This document shows, one piece after another, positions 16,676 to 24,701 of a stretch of 24,701 nucleotides of DNA. The notes beneath the pieces were generated by a model. It ran no database searches, was not told the origin of the DNA, and saw only the letters and a list, made by a program, of their open reading frames with translations. Every line of letters starts with the position of its first letter. The first letter of the stretch is position 1. The stretch lies in NCBI GenBank assembly GCA_016839605.1, contig JAEOTX010000088.1, positions 1 through 24,701 on the forward strand. The letters run 5' to 3'. The position numbers were made by a program, and so were the translations under genes. This DNA is from Candidatus Thorarchaeota archaeon (lineage in GTDB: Archaea > Asgardarchaeota > Thorarchaeia > Thorarchaeales > Thorarchaeaceae).

Positions 16676-19369
16676 CTAGTCTAGTTCCACATCAGAACTT
16701 GGTTTCTTAGATCTTTTTAGTTTCTTTTCCACAATGTCCTTTGGGGTTGGTTCAATAAATTCACGAGGAGAACATAGCGGACATAAGCAACCATCTGGGT
16801 GTTCGGCTAGATGAGTTGAGGGCGCATCTATTGACTGCAGTTTGGGAGTCCCGTCAGGATGGTCTGTCGGATGATTCCATTGAGGCACTAGTTGTTCAGG
16901 GTCTTGAGGGTGCAGACCACCATCAGGATGGTCAGTTGGATGGTTCCATTGAGGTACAGGTCTTTCAGGATCTAGACCACCATCAGGATGGTCTGTCGGA
17001 TGATTCCATTGAGGTACGGGTCTTTCAGGATCTAGTCCACCATCAGGATGGTCTGTCGGATGGTTCCATTGAGGCACGGGCATGTCGGGATATAACACGT
17101 CATCAGGAGAAACGCTAGGACGACCCAATAATAGGTCGTCAACTGGTCTTGCAGTAGTGCTCATTGCTACTTCATACTCTCTTCGTCTCATGCTTCTGAT
17201 GTTGACCAATAGAGTTCGTCTGAATATGAGGACAATAGCCATTGTTCCTATCGCAGTGGCTGGTATCAGATATATCAACCAATCACCATTCCCTACACCT
17301 CCACCTCCGTTGCCTGGGTCAAAGGTTCGAATTGCGTATACAAATGCGTCGAAACCTGTTGAACCCGTCGGAGGTTCGGCAAAGGGGAAATCACCAGAGC
17401 GAGTTATTCCACAGACAAAAGTGTCATTCTGGGAACCAACTACCATCGATCGTATGTCATCATTTAATGATCCGCCGACACAGGTTGAATGTTGAACATG
17501 TGTTTGATTAGTCTTGAAGATGAACCCATCAGCTTCACCCATGTTTCCGTCCAAAATGTCTGGGAAATTGAGTGAATCGGTTGTACCTGCGACTGTTATG
17601 TGACCTGTCGCATCAACATCAATGCATTTTCCTGTGTCTGCACCATCGCCTCCAACAAAGGAGCTGAAAGCAATACTAGCACCATCTTCCGAAATAGCCG
17701 TTATGTAGCAGTCACCAGATCCTCCATATGTACCATACAAAGCAGACACATTGTGAAAGTCGGGTGAATGGGTTCTTCCTGTTACGTACGCAGTACCTGT
17801 TGAATCAACGCATATTGACAGACCTTGATCGCTATCGCTTCCACCCAGATATGTCGAATAAACCACATTCCATCCTGAATCAATCTTCATAACAAAAGCA
17901 TCAAGATCTCCACCACCATAGGTGCTTTGAAATGCGTTGATGAGTGAAAGGCCTCCTTCTGTATTCCCTGTGACAACTAGACTACCTGAATCATCAATAG
18001 CGATATCATTGATTCTCTCATTCTGACTTCCACCAAAGAATGTACTGAATAGAAGCGTATCTCCTGCTGCGGATATGCATGTAACAAATCCATCATAGAT
18101 CCCTGCGTCATTTAGAGAATCTATAGGATTGACAAGCGGAAAGCCATTCTCAGAACTTGTTCTACCCGCGATGTAGATATTTCCATCAGCATCTAGAGAA
18201 ATAGAGGTGGCAACATCCCCGTTCTTTCCTCCGAAGTATGTGGAATATTCGATTTGCCCAGTGGAGTTTAGTTTGAGAACAAACGCGTCGCCCTCTGTAG
18301 CAAGGTATTCCCCTCTCAGAGTATCATTGTCCTCTGGATAGGAATACAATGGATTTACTCTTGGAAAATCATCCGACTTCGTGTTTCCTGTGATGTATAC
18401 ATTGCCATCCGCATCGACTGTGATATCATTTCCAACCTCATCTGGCTGAGTGCCGGCCATAGACGATACACCGCCACCGATAAACGTAGAATATTCAGTG
18501 GTTCCGCTTGGATTGATTTTTGTTACGAAGACATCATATCCTCCGTTCCAGTCAGAATCTATTGCATTGAATACTGGAAAGTTTAGGGATGCTGTTCTTC
18601 CAGTGATGTAGAGGTTCTCAGCTTCATCTTGTGTGATCGATAGAGCTTCATCTCTATCCGATCCGCGGAAACATCGAGAAAACAAAACCTCATCATCTTG
18701 AGATAGGATGAATTCTCCACTAGTTCGGTCTAGGAAACTGAATTTCATCAAATTCTCTGAAGCAGCTGATACCTTCTCTTGTTTCCACGCAAATCTGTCA
18801 GTTACCTTGAACATCTCTGCAGCCGTAGTCGAATCAGACCCCTCCTCAGCAAACACCTCACAAAGGATTCCCTTGGTTGGATTATCAAACAGCATATCTA
18901 TTCCGGGTAGGACTTCTTTATAGAGCACTGCACGATAGCTCTGAACATTGGTGAATGTACCTCTACTGCCGAGGAAATAGTTGGTAGTGTGGTCAGTCCT
19001 CTCAAGACCCAGAGGCTCAAGGTTTATCGGCTCACCAAAGATCATGATGTCAAGGGGAGGCGAGTAACCAGACCAAAGTGAAATTCTGTCAGTTCCTAGT
19101 CCAAGATATCCTCCGTCTAGTGCCGTATAGAAGTGAATGTTTGAATCGGGTATCTGGCCTTGGTTCCTATAGAATTCTCCAGCAATCTCAAGATAATCTA
19201 TAGAAAGGTCAATTGAAGAGCCCTCCTCAAGACTAGAAATTGGAGACCCATCACCATCTCTTCCTGCATATAGAGGTGATATGGCGATGAATATCAGAAG
19301 AAGTAGACCAATTGACAGCTGAAGCGACCTCAGGAAGAGATGCTTTCTTGCTCTAAGTGATTTCCACAT
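16676..19369 (-). CDS. Single-pass surface protein with SBBP beta-propeller repeats and a repetitive C-terminal tail
   Basis: Signal peptide, FxxNQGQ/TNYFLG N-domain, many (Y/F)ST(Y/F)xGG..D....I.vD..G..YITG.T.S.dFP repeats, TM at 17222-17281, ~180-aa tail. Confidence 0.9.
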   Translation of the reverse strand: MWKSLRARKHLFLRSLQLSIGLLLLIFIAISPLYAGRDGDGSPISSLEEGSSIDLSIDYLEIAGEFYRNQGQIPDSNIHFYTALDGGYLGLGTDRISLWSGYSPPLDIMIFGEPINLEPLGLERTDHTTNYFLGSRGTFTNVQSYRAVLYKEVLPGIDMLFDNPTKGILCEVFAEEGSDSTTAAEMFKVTDRFAWKQEKVSAASENLMKFSFLDRTSGEFILSQDDEVLFSRCFRGSDRDEALSITQDEAENLYITGRTASLNFPVFNAIDSDWNGGYDVFVTKINPSGTTEYSTFIGGGVSSMAGTQPDEVGNDITVDADGNVYITGNTKSDDFPRVNPLYSYPEDNDTLRGEYLATEGDAFVLKLNSTGQIEYSTYFGGKNGDVATSISLDADGNIYIAGRTSSENGFPLVNPIDSLNDAGIYDGFVTCISAAGDTLLFSTFFGGSQNERINDIAIDDSGSLVVTGNTEGGLSLINAFQSTYGGGDLDAFVMKIDSGWNVVYSTYLGGSDSDQGLSICVDSTGTAYVTGRTHSPDFHNVSALYGTYGGSGDCYITAISEDGASIAFSSFVGGDGADTGKCIDVDATGHITVAGTTDSLNFPDILDGNMGEADGFIFKTNQTHVQHSTCVGGSLNDDIRSMVVGSQNDTFVCGITRSGDFPFAEPPTGSTGFDAFVYAIRTFDPGNGGGGVGNGDWLIYLIPATAIGTMAIVLIFRRTLLVNIRSMRRREYEVAMSTTARPVDDLLLGRPSVSPDDVLYPDMPVPQWNHPTDHPDGGLDPERPVPQWNHPTDHPDGGLDPERPVPQWNHPTDHPDGGLHPQDPEQLVPQWNHPTDHPDGTPKLQSIDAPSTHLAEHPDGCLCPLCSPREFIEPTPKDIVEKKLKRSKKPSSDVELD
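16850..17080 (-). repeat. In-frame tandem repeat, four copies (periods 60, 60, 69 bp) encoding VPQWNHPTDHPDG
   Basis: catcaggatgg recurs at 16921, 16981, 17041 and as cgtcaggatgg at 16852; differences within the core are synonymous. Confidence 0.95.
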
Positions 19370-21429
19370 TACTCGTCATCCTCTCCTTCATCTGCTTCTT
19401 CGCGGATACTGTTTTCGTCACTGATTATCTCAGAGCGTGGTTCCGATCGGATATCGTCCGTAAGCTCCTGTAGAGCTTTTCGCGTTTCCGTGACATCCAC
19501 AGATTCAACCTCAGCTTGCTCCTCAACCTCTGTCCTTATTCTGGGCAGGAAGAAATACACAGTTGGAACCGCGATGGCTGCTATACTTACTACAGCTATT
19601 AGGGGCAGATTGAAGAGAAGCAGTTCATCAATAGGAACATTGGCGTCCACTGGAGAAAACCCGTTTGCTACTTCCCATCCATCTGGATATGAGTCAAAAT
19701 CCGAATCCGGATTCCATGGATCTGTACCGTGTAGATACTCATCTCGATTGGTCAATTCATCCAAATCGTAGTCAAAGAGGGAATCATCATCAAGTGGATT
19801 GAGGTCATTGTGAAATTCCCATCCATCCGGGATGGAGTCAAAGTCAGAGTCACTATTAGTCCTGTTAGTTCCCGCTGAGATCTCTTGATATTCCATTAGA
19901 AGGTCTCCATCCATGTCTCCCCTGTCATAGACAGCCGCCACAAACACGTCCCAATTATAGTAGTAATCTTCTTGAATGGAATCGTTTGTGACAGGAAAAT
20001 CGCTGGACGTTGTCATGCCACATATGACGATATTCCCACTATCATCGAAGTCAATCCAACCGGAGTCTTCGTTTTGGTTGCCACCCATGTAGGTGCTAAA
20101 CTCAAGTTTGTTACTACTGATGTCTAGTTTCGATACGAAACAGTCTATGAAGAAGAGCTCTCGGAAATCACCACTGAGCTCATCGTCAGAAGCATTGACC
20201 ATGGGAAAATCGTCAGAGTTAGTTCCTCCTTGGATGAATACATAGCCCCATTCATCAAGATGAACACCCCTTGGCACGTCATCATCTATACCTCCAAAAT
20301 ACGTTGAATATAGTAGGTCACTGCCCTGTTCATTCATTTTTAGCAAGAATACGTCAAGACCGCCACTCGGTGGGGTGTCAAGAGGTGGCATAGTGGGGAA
20401 ATCTGATGAATGAGCAGTACCGGTTACATAGAGATTCCCTGCTTCATCAAAAAGACAACATCGACCTGAATCAGGCCCCACACCACCAATGAGTGTTGAG
20501 TAAATGATGTCACTTCCATTAGATTCAATCTTTGTTATGAAGCCGTCTCCAGTTCCATTCAGAGTCCTATCAAAGGCGCCGTCGGAGCTGGGAAAGTCAA
20601 TTGACCCCGTTTCTCCAGTTATGCAGACATCACCATCCAACCCGAGTGCGATATCATGACCTTGTTCGCCACCGCTTCCGCCAATATATGTCGAGAATAC
20701 TAATCCTGTCCCATCAGCATTTAATTTGAAGATGAATGCGTCAGTTCCACCATCTAAGACTCCATCAATAGCATTCACAGTTGGAAAGTCACTTGAGTGT
20801 GTGATTCCGGTGACGTAGACATTGCCAGTAGAATCCACGACCAAGGAGTTTGCGTGTTCATCGCTTGAACCTCCTATGTAAGTAGCATAAAGAACTGTAC
20901 CCGCATGTGGATTTAGCTTCATTACAAAGACGTCATCGTTCCCGTTAAACGAATCATCATATGACCCTGGAGTGGCGAAGTCTGTGGAGCGAGTAGATCC
21001 CGCAATGTACACATTGCCCTGATCGTCAATATCCATCTTGGCAGGGAAGTCTAATCCATTGCCCCCGAGAAACGTGCTGAACAGGTGTTCTGTACCATTA
21101 GCATTAGTCTGAAAAAGCACAATATCAGACTCGCCTCCTAGATATGTATCGTGAATTGCGTCAACCATAGGCCAATTTTCGGTGTCAGAGTAGATTAACG
21201 AATAGATTGTTCCGTCTGGTCCAATACAAGCATGGGCGCCCCTATCATCCTTTGAAAGCCTGACGTCTCCACCTAAGAAGGTCGAGAAATAGAAGGATTC
21301 CGAGATTGTAACTTGAGCTGGTTCGATTCTCGGTTCCAGTATGAAGCGATGTCCGTTTGTGGTATCAGCTAAACAGGTAAGTAGCATAATCAGAAAAAGG
21401 GATGCAATCACCACTCTACCAGGTTTCAA
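19369..21429 (-). CDS. Single-pass surface protein with SBBP beta-propeller repeats and TSP3-like Ca-binding repeats
   Basis: TTG start after AGGAGA, signal peptide, SBBP repeats, DMDGD/DSDFDSIPDGWE/DYDLDELTN..E/DSDFDSYPDGWE repeats, TM, acidic tail; TAATG overlap with next gene. Confidence 0.9.
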   Translation of the reverse strand: MKPGRVVIASLFLIMLLTCLADTTNGHRFILEPRIEPAQVTISESFYFSTFLGGDVRLSKDDRGAHACIGPDGTIYSLIYSDTENWPMVDAIHDTYLGGESDIVLFQTNANGTEHLFSTFLGGNGLDFPAKMDIDDQGNVYIAGSTRSTDFATPGSYDDSFNGNDDVFVMKLNPHAGTVLYATYIGGSSDEHANSLVVDSTGNVYVTGITHSSDFPTVNAIDGVLDGGTDAFIFKLNADGTGLVFSTYIGGSGGEQGHDIALGLDGDVCITGETGSIDFPSSDGAFDRTLNGTGDGFITKIESNGSDIIYSTLIGGVGPDSGRCCLFDEAGNLYVTGTAHSSDFPTMPPLDTPPSGGLDVFLLKMNEQGSDLLYSTYFGGIDDDVPRGVHLDEWGYVFIQGGTNSDDFPMVNASDDELSGDFRELFFIDCFVSKLDISSNKLEFSTYMGGNQNEDSGWIDFDDSGNIVICGMTTSSDFPVTNDSIQEDYYYNWDVFVAAVYDRGDMDGDLLMEYQEISAGTNRTNSDSDFDSIPDGWEFHNDLNPLDDDSLFDYDLDELTNRDEYLHGTDPWNPDSDFDSYPDGWEVANGFSPVDANVPIDELLLFNLPLIAVVSIAAIAVPTVYFFLPRIRTEVEEQAEVESVDVTETRKALQELTDDIRSEPRSEIISDENSIREEADEGEDDE

Positions 21430-21575
21430 CCAATTCTCCTCTACACTCTTACCTGCCTTCCTCCGGTTATCATAGATTCATTTCCTTAAAAAACTAAGTT
21501 ACAATATCAGGAATATTGACAGCAATTGCAGGCTACATCAAGCAAGACTTATGAGAAAGAGATGATTATCAGATT

Positions 21576-21595
21576 CTAGCTTCACAAGAAGCTAG
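21576..21595. promoter_or_regulatory. Inverted repeat in divergent intergenic region
   Basis: CTAGCTTC-acaa-GAAGCTAG, perfect 8-bp arms. Confidence 0.35.
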
Positions 21596-21757
21596 GGATT
21601 TGGGTTAGGAAGAGTATGAGCATACTGCTTGGACAGGCTAGTGGTTATGAGTAGTTCTTTCTTACTCTTGCATATGAAATCTGATTGAAGATTGGGAGCT
21701 TCAATCTTGACTACTTCTATACACCGGCATGCATTACCTTAGGAGAGGAAGACTGCA

Positions 21758-23635
21758 ATGGGGTGCAGGAAGAAACGATTCAAGAGATTCCTGATATCGG
21801 TTGTGACGTTCTACTTTATGATGTCCATATTCATGGTCCCTGCTGTTATTGCGCAAGAAACAGATCCAGATACTTGGAACGGTCCTTACTTGGATAAAAT
21901 TCGCTATGTCTATATCAATGGTAGTAATCCGCTTGATCCATGGGATGAATTCAGCGCTCAAATTCAACCTCTAATTGATGGGGACATAGACGTCATGACA
22001 ACACAAACTAAGGAGCCTCATGAGATAGAATCTCTACAAACAGCAGAGTATGTGGAAGTCGTTGAGTTTTGGCGTAGCGCAACCTACGACGCCAAGATTA
22101 ATTGTTATAGATGGCCCTTGAATATCTCCGGTGTTAGAAAAGCGCTTCATCTAGCCATGGACAAGAAGGCCATGTGTGCTATTCAAGGAGGAAGGTACCA
22201 TGACTCTCCTATTATCTCCCCACTTACGCTTTCAATTGAGTCAGAGATGACACATCATTATTACGAAGCAGAAGTAAGTGAGGGAGCTGCTATCCTTGAT
22301 TCTCTTGGTTTTATCGATATCGATTCCGACGGATGGAGAGAAGGACCTGATGGAGTTGAGATTCCTGCCATAAACGTCGAGTTCCTTAGGGGCGAGGAGG
22401 GCGGTCCATTAAATGAAGATAATGCAAATCTAATCGTTGAAGCATTTCACAACCTGAATCTCAATGCATACTCAACTCGTATATACGATTACACCCAAGC
22501 GCATGATATATTAGACTCTTGGGACTTCGACATTTTCCTTTTTGCTTTGATTGGTCATGATTTGACTATGGACTCATGGATTAACTGGATGCTTAGTAGA
22601 CCTGATTGGTCGAATGCTACATTCGAAGCACTTGCAGAGATTGCACTTCATTCAGTTGACTATCATCAAGTCGTTGAGGCGTTCAAAGAAATGCAGTGCA
22701 TCTGGGTGGAGGAAGCTCCTCATATCATTCTCGTACAGCTAGCACTCTATTCCGCCTACCGGACCAATGGAATTGATGGAATTGTAGAGCATCCATCATA
22801 TGGTCCTCATAGTTACTTTACAGGGCTCAATGCCTCAAGTGATTCAAATGGTGGAGAATTGAGATTTGGAACCACTAATGCTATTTCTGACTCTCATGAG
22901 GAAATTCGACTCACACCAACTACTTGTGCAATTGAAGAGGCAACGTGGTTTGCGGTCAAAAGCCACATGGAAATGATGCATGATTCTCTTGCTATAATTG
23001 ACCCCGATCTCAATGTTATCAATTGGCTAGCAGAGAGCTATTCAATTGAAACTCATGATGATGATCCCACGATTCCTGATGGGAACACAAGAATAGTCGT
23101 CGATCTGGTCCAAAACGCCTATTTTAGTGATGGTACACGGCTGACTGCTGACGATGTTGTTTATTCTATATTATGGTTCAATGAGAACTTCGACCATCTA
23201 GATACGTATGGTTCCGATTCCCTCCCTTTTGACATTAGCAGTTGCTTTGCGAGTGGTCTATTTCAAGTTGAACTCCAATTTACTACAGAGTCGTTCTGGC
23301 ATTGGTATAAAATCTGTTTCACACCAATTATACCCAAACACGTGCGCAATCAATACGATCCACAATCTGGGTTCAGGCTAACACCCGACGAGTTCAATGA
23401 GAATCTTGTTGTTTCAGGCCCCTTCATGGCATCCGAATGGGTACTAGGCGAATACATTGACATTGTGCCGAATCCATACTATTGGAGGAAACCACCGATA
23501 GATGCCACAACCACTACAACAACCACGACAACTGAACCCCCACCAGAAGACCCATTCCTGCCGATAATTGCTGGTATCGCTGGAGCGGCAACGGTTATTG
23601 TGATTGGAGGATTTGCAATCCTACGAAAGGAATGA
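21758..23635 (+). CDS. ABC transporter family-5 (OppA/DppA-like) solute-binding protein, circularly permuted, C-terminal anchor
   Basis: GPYLDKI, VRKALHLAMDK, DIDSDGWRE, EEAP, WLAESY, FSDGTRLTADDVVYS, GPF..NPYYW; poly-Thr linker and terminal TM. Confidence 0.9.
   Translation: MGCRKKRFKRFLISVVTFYFMMSIFMVPAVIAQETDPDTWNGPYLDKIRYVYINGSNPLDPWDEFSAQIQPLIDGDIDVMTTQTKEPHEIESLQTAEYVEVVEFWRSATYDAKINCYRWPLNISGVRKALHLAMDKKAMCAIQGGRYHDSPIISPLTLSIESEMTHHYYEAEVSEGAAILDSLGFIDIDSDGWREGPDGVEIPAINVEFLRGEEGGPLNEDNANLIVEAFHNLNLNAYSTRIYDYTQAHDILDSWDFDIFLFALIGHDLTMDSWINWMLSRPDWSNATFEALAEIALHSVDYHQVVEAFKEMQCIWVEEAPHIILVQLALYSAYRTNGIDGIVEHPSYGPHSYFTGLNASSDSNGGELRFGTTNAISDSHEEIRLTPTTCAIEEATWFAVKSHMEMMHDSLAIIDPDLNVINWLAESYSIETHDDDPTIPDGNTRIVVDLVQNAYFSDGTRLTADDVVYSILWFNENFDHLDTYGSDSLPFDISSCFASGLFQVELQFTTESFWHWYKICFTPIIPKHVRNQYDPQSGFRLTPDEFNENLVVSGPFMASEWVLGEYIDIVPNPYYWRKPPIDATTTTTTTTTEPPPEDPFLPIIAGIAGAATVIVIGGFAILRKE
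23503..23550 (+). repeat. Low-complexity ACN run encoding a Thr9-EPPPE linker
   Basis: aca acc act aca aca acc acg aca act preceding the membrane anchor; typical archaeal linker. Confidence 0.8.
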
Positions 23636-23698
23636 CCAAGGCACCGAAACCAATCTAGGGATTAGGTTAATATCATCATATACAGCTTGGCACCTACG

Positions 23699-24208
23699 AT
23701 GACTGTTCGGGATATTCTTCTCTTGGGCAATCCTAGACTCTATGAGGTCTGCGAGCCAGTCAAGAAGGAGGAGCTCCCCAGACTTCAATCAACCATCAAT
23801 GACCTGCATGATACTATGATGGAGTTTAGGCGCAAATACAAGGCCGGACGAGCAATAGCCGCTCCACAGATTGGAGTCATGAAGCGCCTGATCTACATGC
23901 ACATTGACGAACCTATTGTGTTCATCAATCCTACTCTGCAGGACTTGAGTGTGGACATGATTGAAGTCTGGGATGATTGCATGTGTTTTCCTGAGCTGCT
24001 TGTCAAGGTTAGGCGACATAAGAGCTGCACAATTCAGTATCGGGATATGAACTGGAATCAGAAAGCGATAGACCTTGAGGACTCGCTATCAGAGCTCATA
24101 CAGCATGAGTATGATCATCTGGATGGAGTTCTCGCAGTGTCTAGGGCAATCGATTCCAAGTCTTTCGCACTTCGAGGGCAATCTACGCCAGGAGTCGCGC
24201 AGGACTGA
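23699..24208 (+). CDS. def: Peptide deformylase-family protein with atypical motifs
   Basis: LGNPRL, AIAAPQIG, FINP, DDCMC (in place of EGCLS), QHEYDHLDG; TTAATA about 27 nt upstream of ATG 23699. Confidence 0.88.
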   Translation: MTVRDILLLGNPRLYEVCEPVKKEELPRLQSTINDLHDTMMEFRRKYKAGRAIAAPQIGVMKRLIYMHIDEPIVFINPTLQDLSVDMIEVWDDCMCFPELLVKVRRHKSCTIQYRDMNWNQKAIDLEDSLSELIQHEYDHLDGVLAVSRAIDSKSFALRGQSTPGVAQD

Positions 24209-24259
24209 GGCATTTACCATCGCATAACCATAGCCTCTTATGCGTGATTTTCCAAATCG

Positions 24260-24701
24260 ATGAATGAGGATAAGAGAGTGAAGGTTGCTAGGGTTCTCAT
24301 CATTCTATTGATCTTAGCTGGAGTTGTCATTACTGCACTTGGTGCCATCTATGGATGGTGGCTTGGACAACTTATTTTTCAGAATACCTATGAAGCAAAA
24401 GCTAGTGTCAATTTCTGGGAAACATGGACCCTAGAGTGGAACTTGTTCTATGCAGCCATACTCCTGACACTACTCAGTATGGTTTCTAGCTTTATCACCT
24501 TTCAACGGTCGACCTTCATCTCTTTCATGTCTGCACTATCACAGACTGGAGGACTTGTTAAGAGACTAGAGATGCGCACTGCCTTCTTCTGGCGCTTAAT
24601 CCAAGTTGGAGGGCTATTCATATACTACGTAGCCACTGGCGGTTATTCCGTGACAGGACAGAACGTAGCGTTCCTCATGATGCTGATGGCGGACGGGTCA
24701 A
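24260..24701 (+). CDS. Integral membrane protein, N-terminal part (possibly UPF0182-like), truncated by window
   Basis: Not in ORF track. Open from ATG 24260 to the edge: MNEDKRVKVARVLIILLILAGVVITALGAIYGWWLG... with at least 3 hydrophobic segments; family call tentative. Confidence 0.7.
   Translation, partial: MNEDKRVKVARVLIILLILAGVVITALGAIYGWWLGQLIFQNTYEAKASVNFWETWTLEWNLFYAAILLTLLSMVSSFITFQRSTFISFMSALSQTGGLVKRLEMRTAFFWRLIQVGGLFIYYVATGGYSVTGQNVAFLMMLMADGS

Noticed and set aside
16850-17080. 60-bp repeats as a CRISPR array
   Set aside because: No unique spacers, in-frame period with synonymous variation, inside a CDS, no cas genes.
17081-17095. YPDM as a eukaryote-like tyrosine sorting or signalling motif in the tail
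   Set aside because: A four-residue motif is readily found by chance; no supporting evidence in the window.
16816-17511. Plus-strand ORFs over the repeat region
   Set aside because: Antisense products of the repetitive coding sequence.

Overview
Archaeal window, most likely Asgard (Thorarchaeota-like). This is inferred from the archaeal ApgM, BRE/TATA-like promoters, and the style of the TPR, surface and solute-binding proteins, not from a marker gene. Left ~7.6 kb: a compact sulfation locus. On the minus strand are an arylsulfotransferase missing from the ORF track (N-terminal membrane anchor plus SCP2-like lipid-binding domain, running off the left edge) and a PAPS-dependent sulfotransferase. 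Divergent from them lie TauE/SafE transporter - sat - a 49-aa relic of an alkaline-phosphatase-superfamily gene - cysC - IMPase/CysQ-like phosphatase - a coupled surface protein. No sulfate-reduction genes are in the window. Middle: NDP-sugar epimerase, lower glycolysis (pyk divergent from eno-apgM), nucleotide-sugar dehydrogenase and a Cys-rich 4Fe-4S protein. Right: a TPR protein, two coupled single-pass beta-propeller (SBBP) surface proteins (one with a His-Pro-Asp tandem-repeat tail), a circularly permuted family-5 solute-binding protein, an atypical peptide deformylase and a truncated membrane protein. No rRNA, tRNA, CRISPR or transposase recognised.
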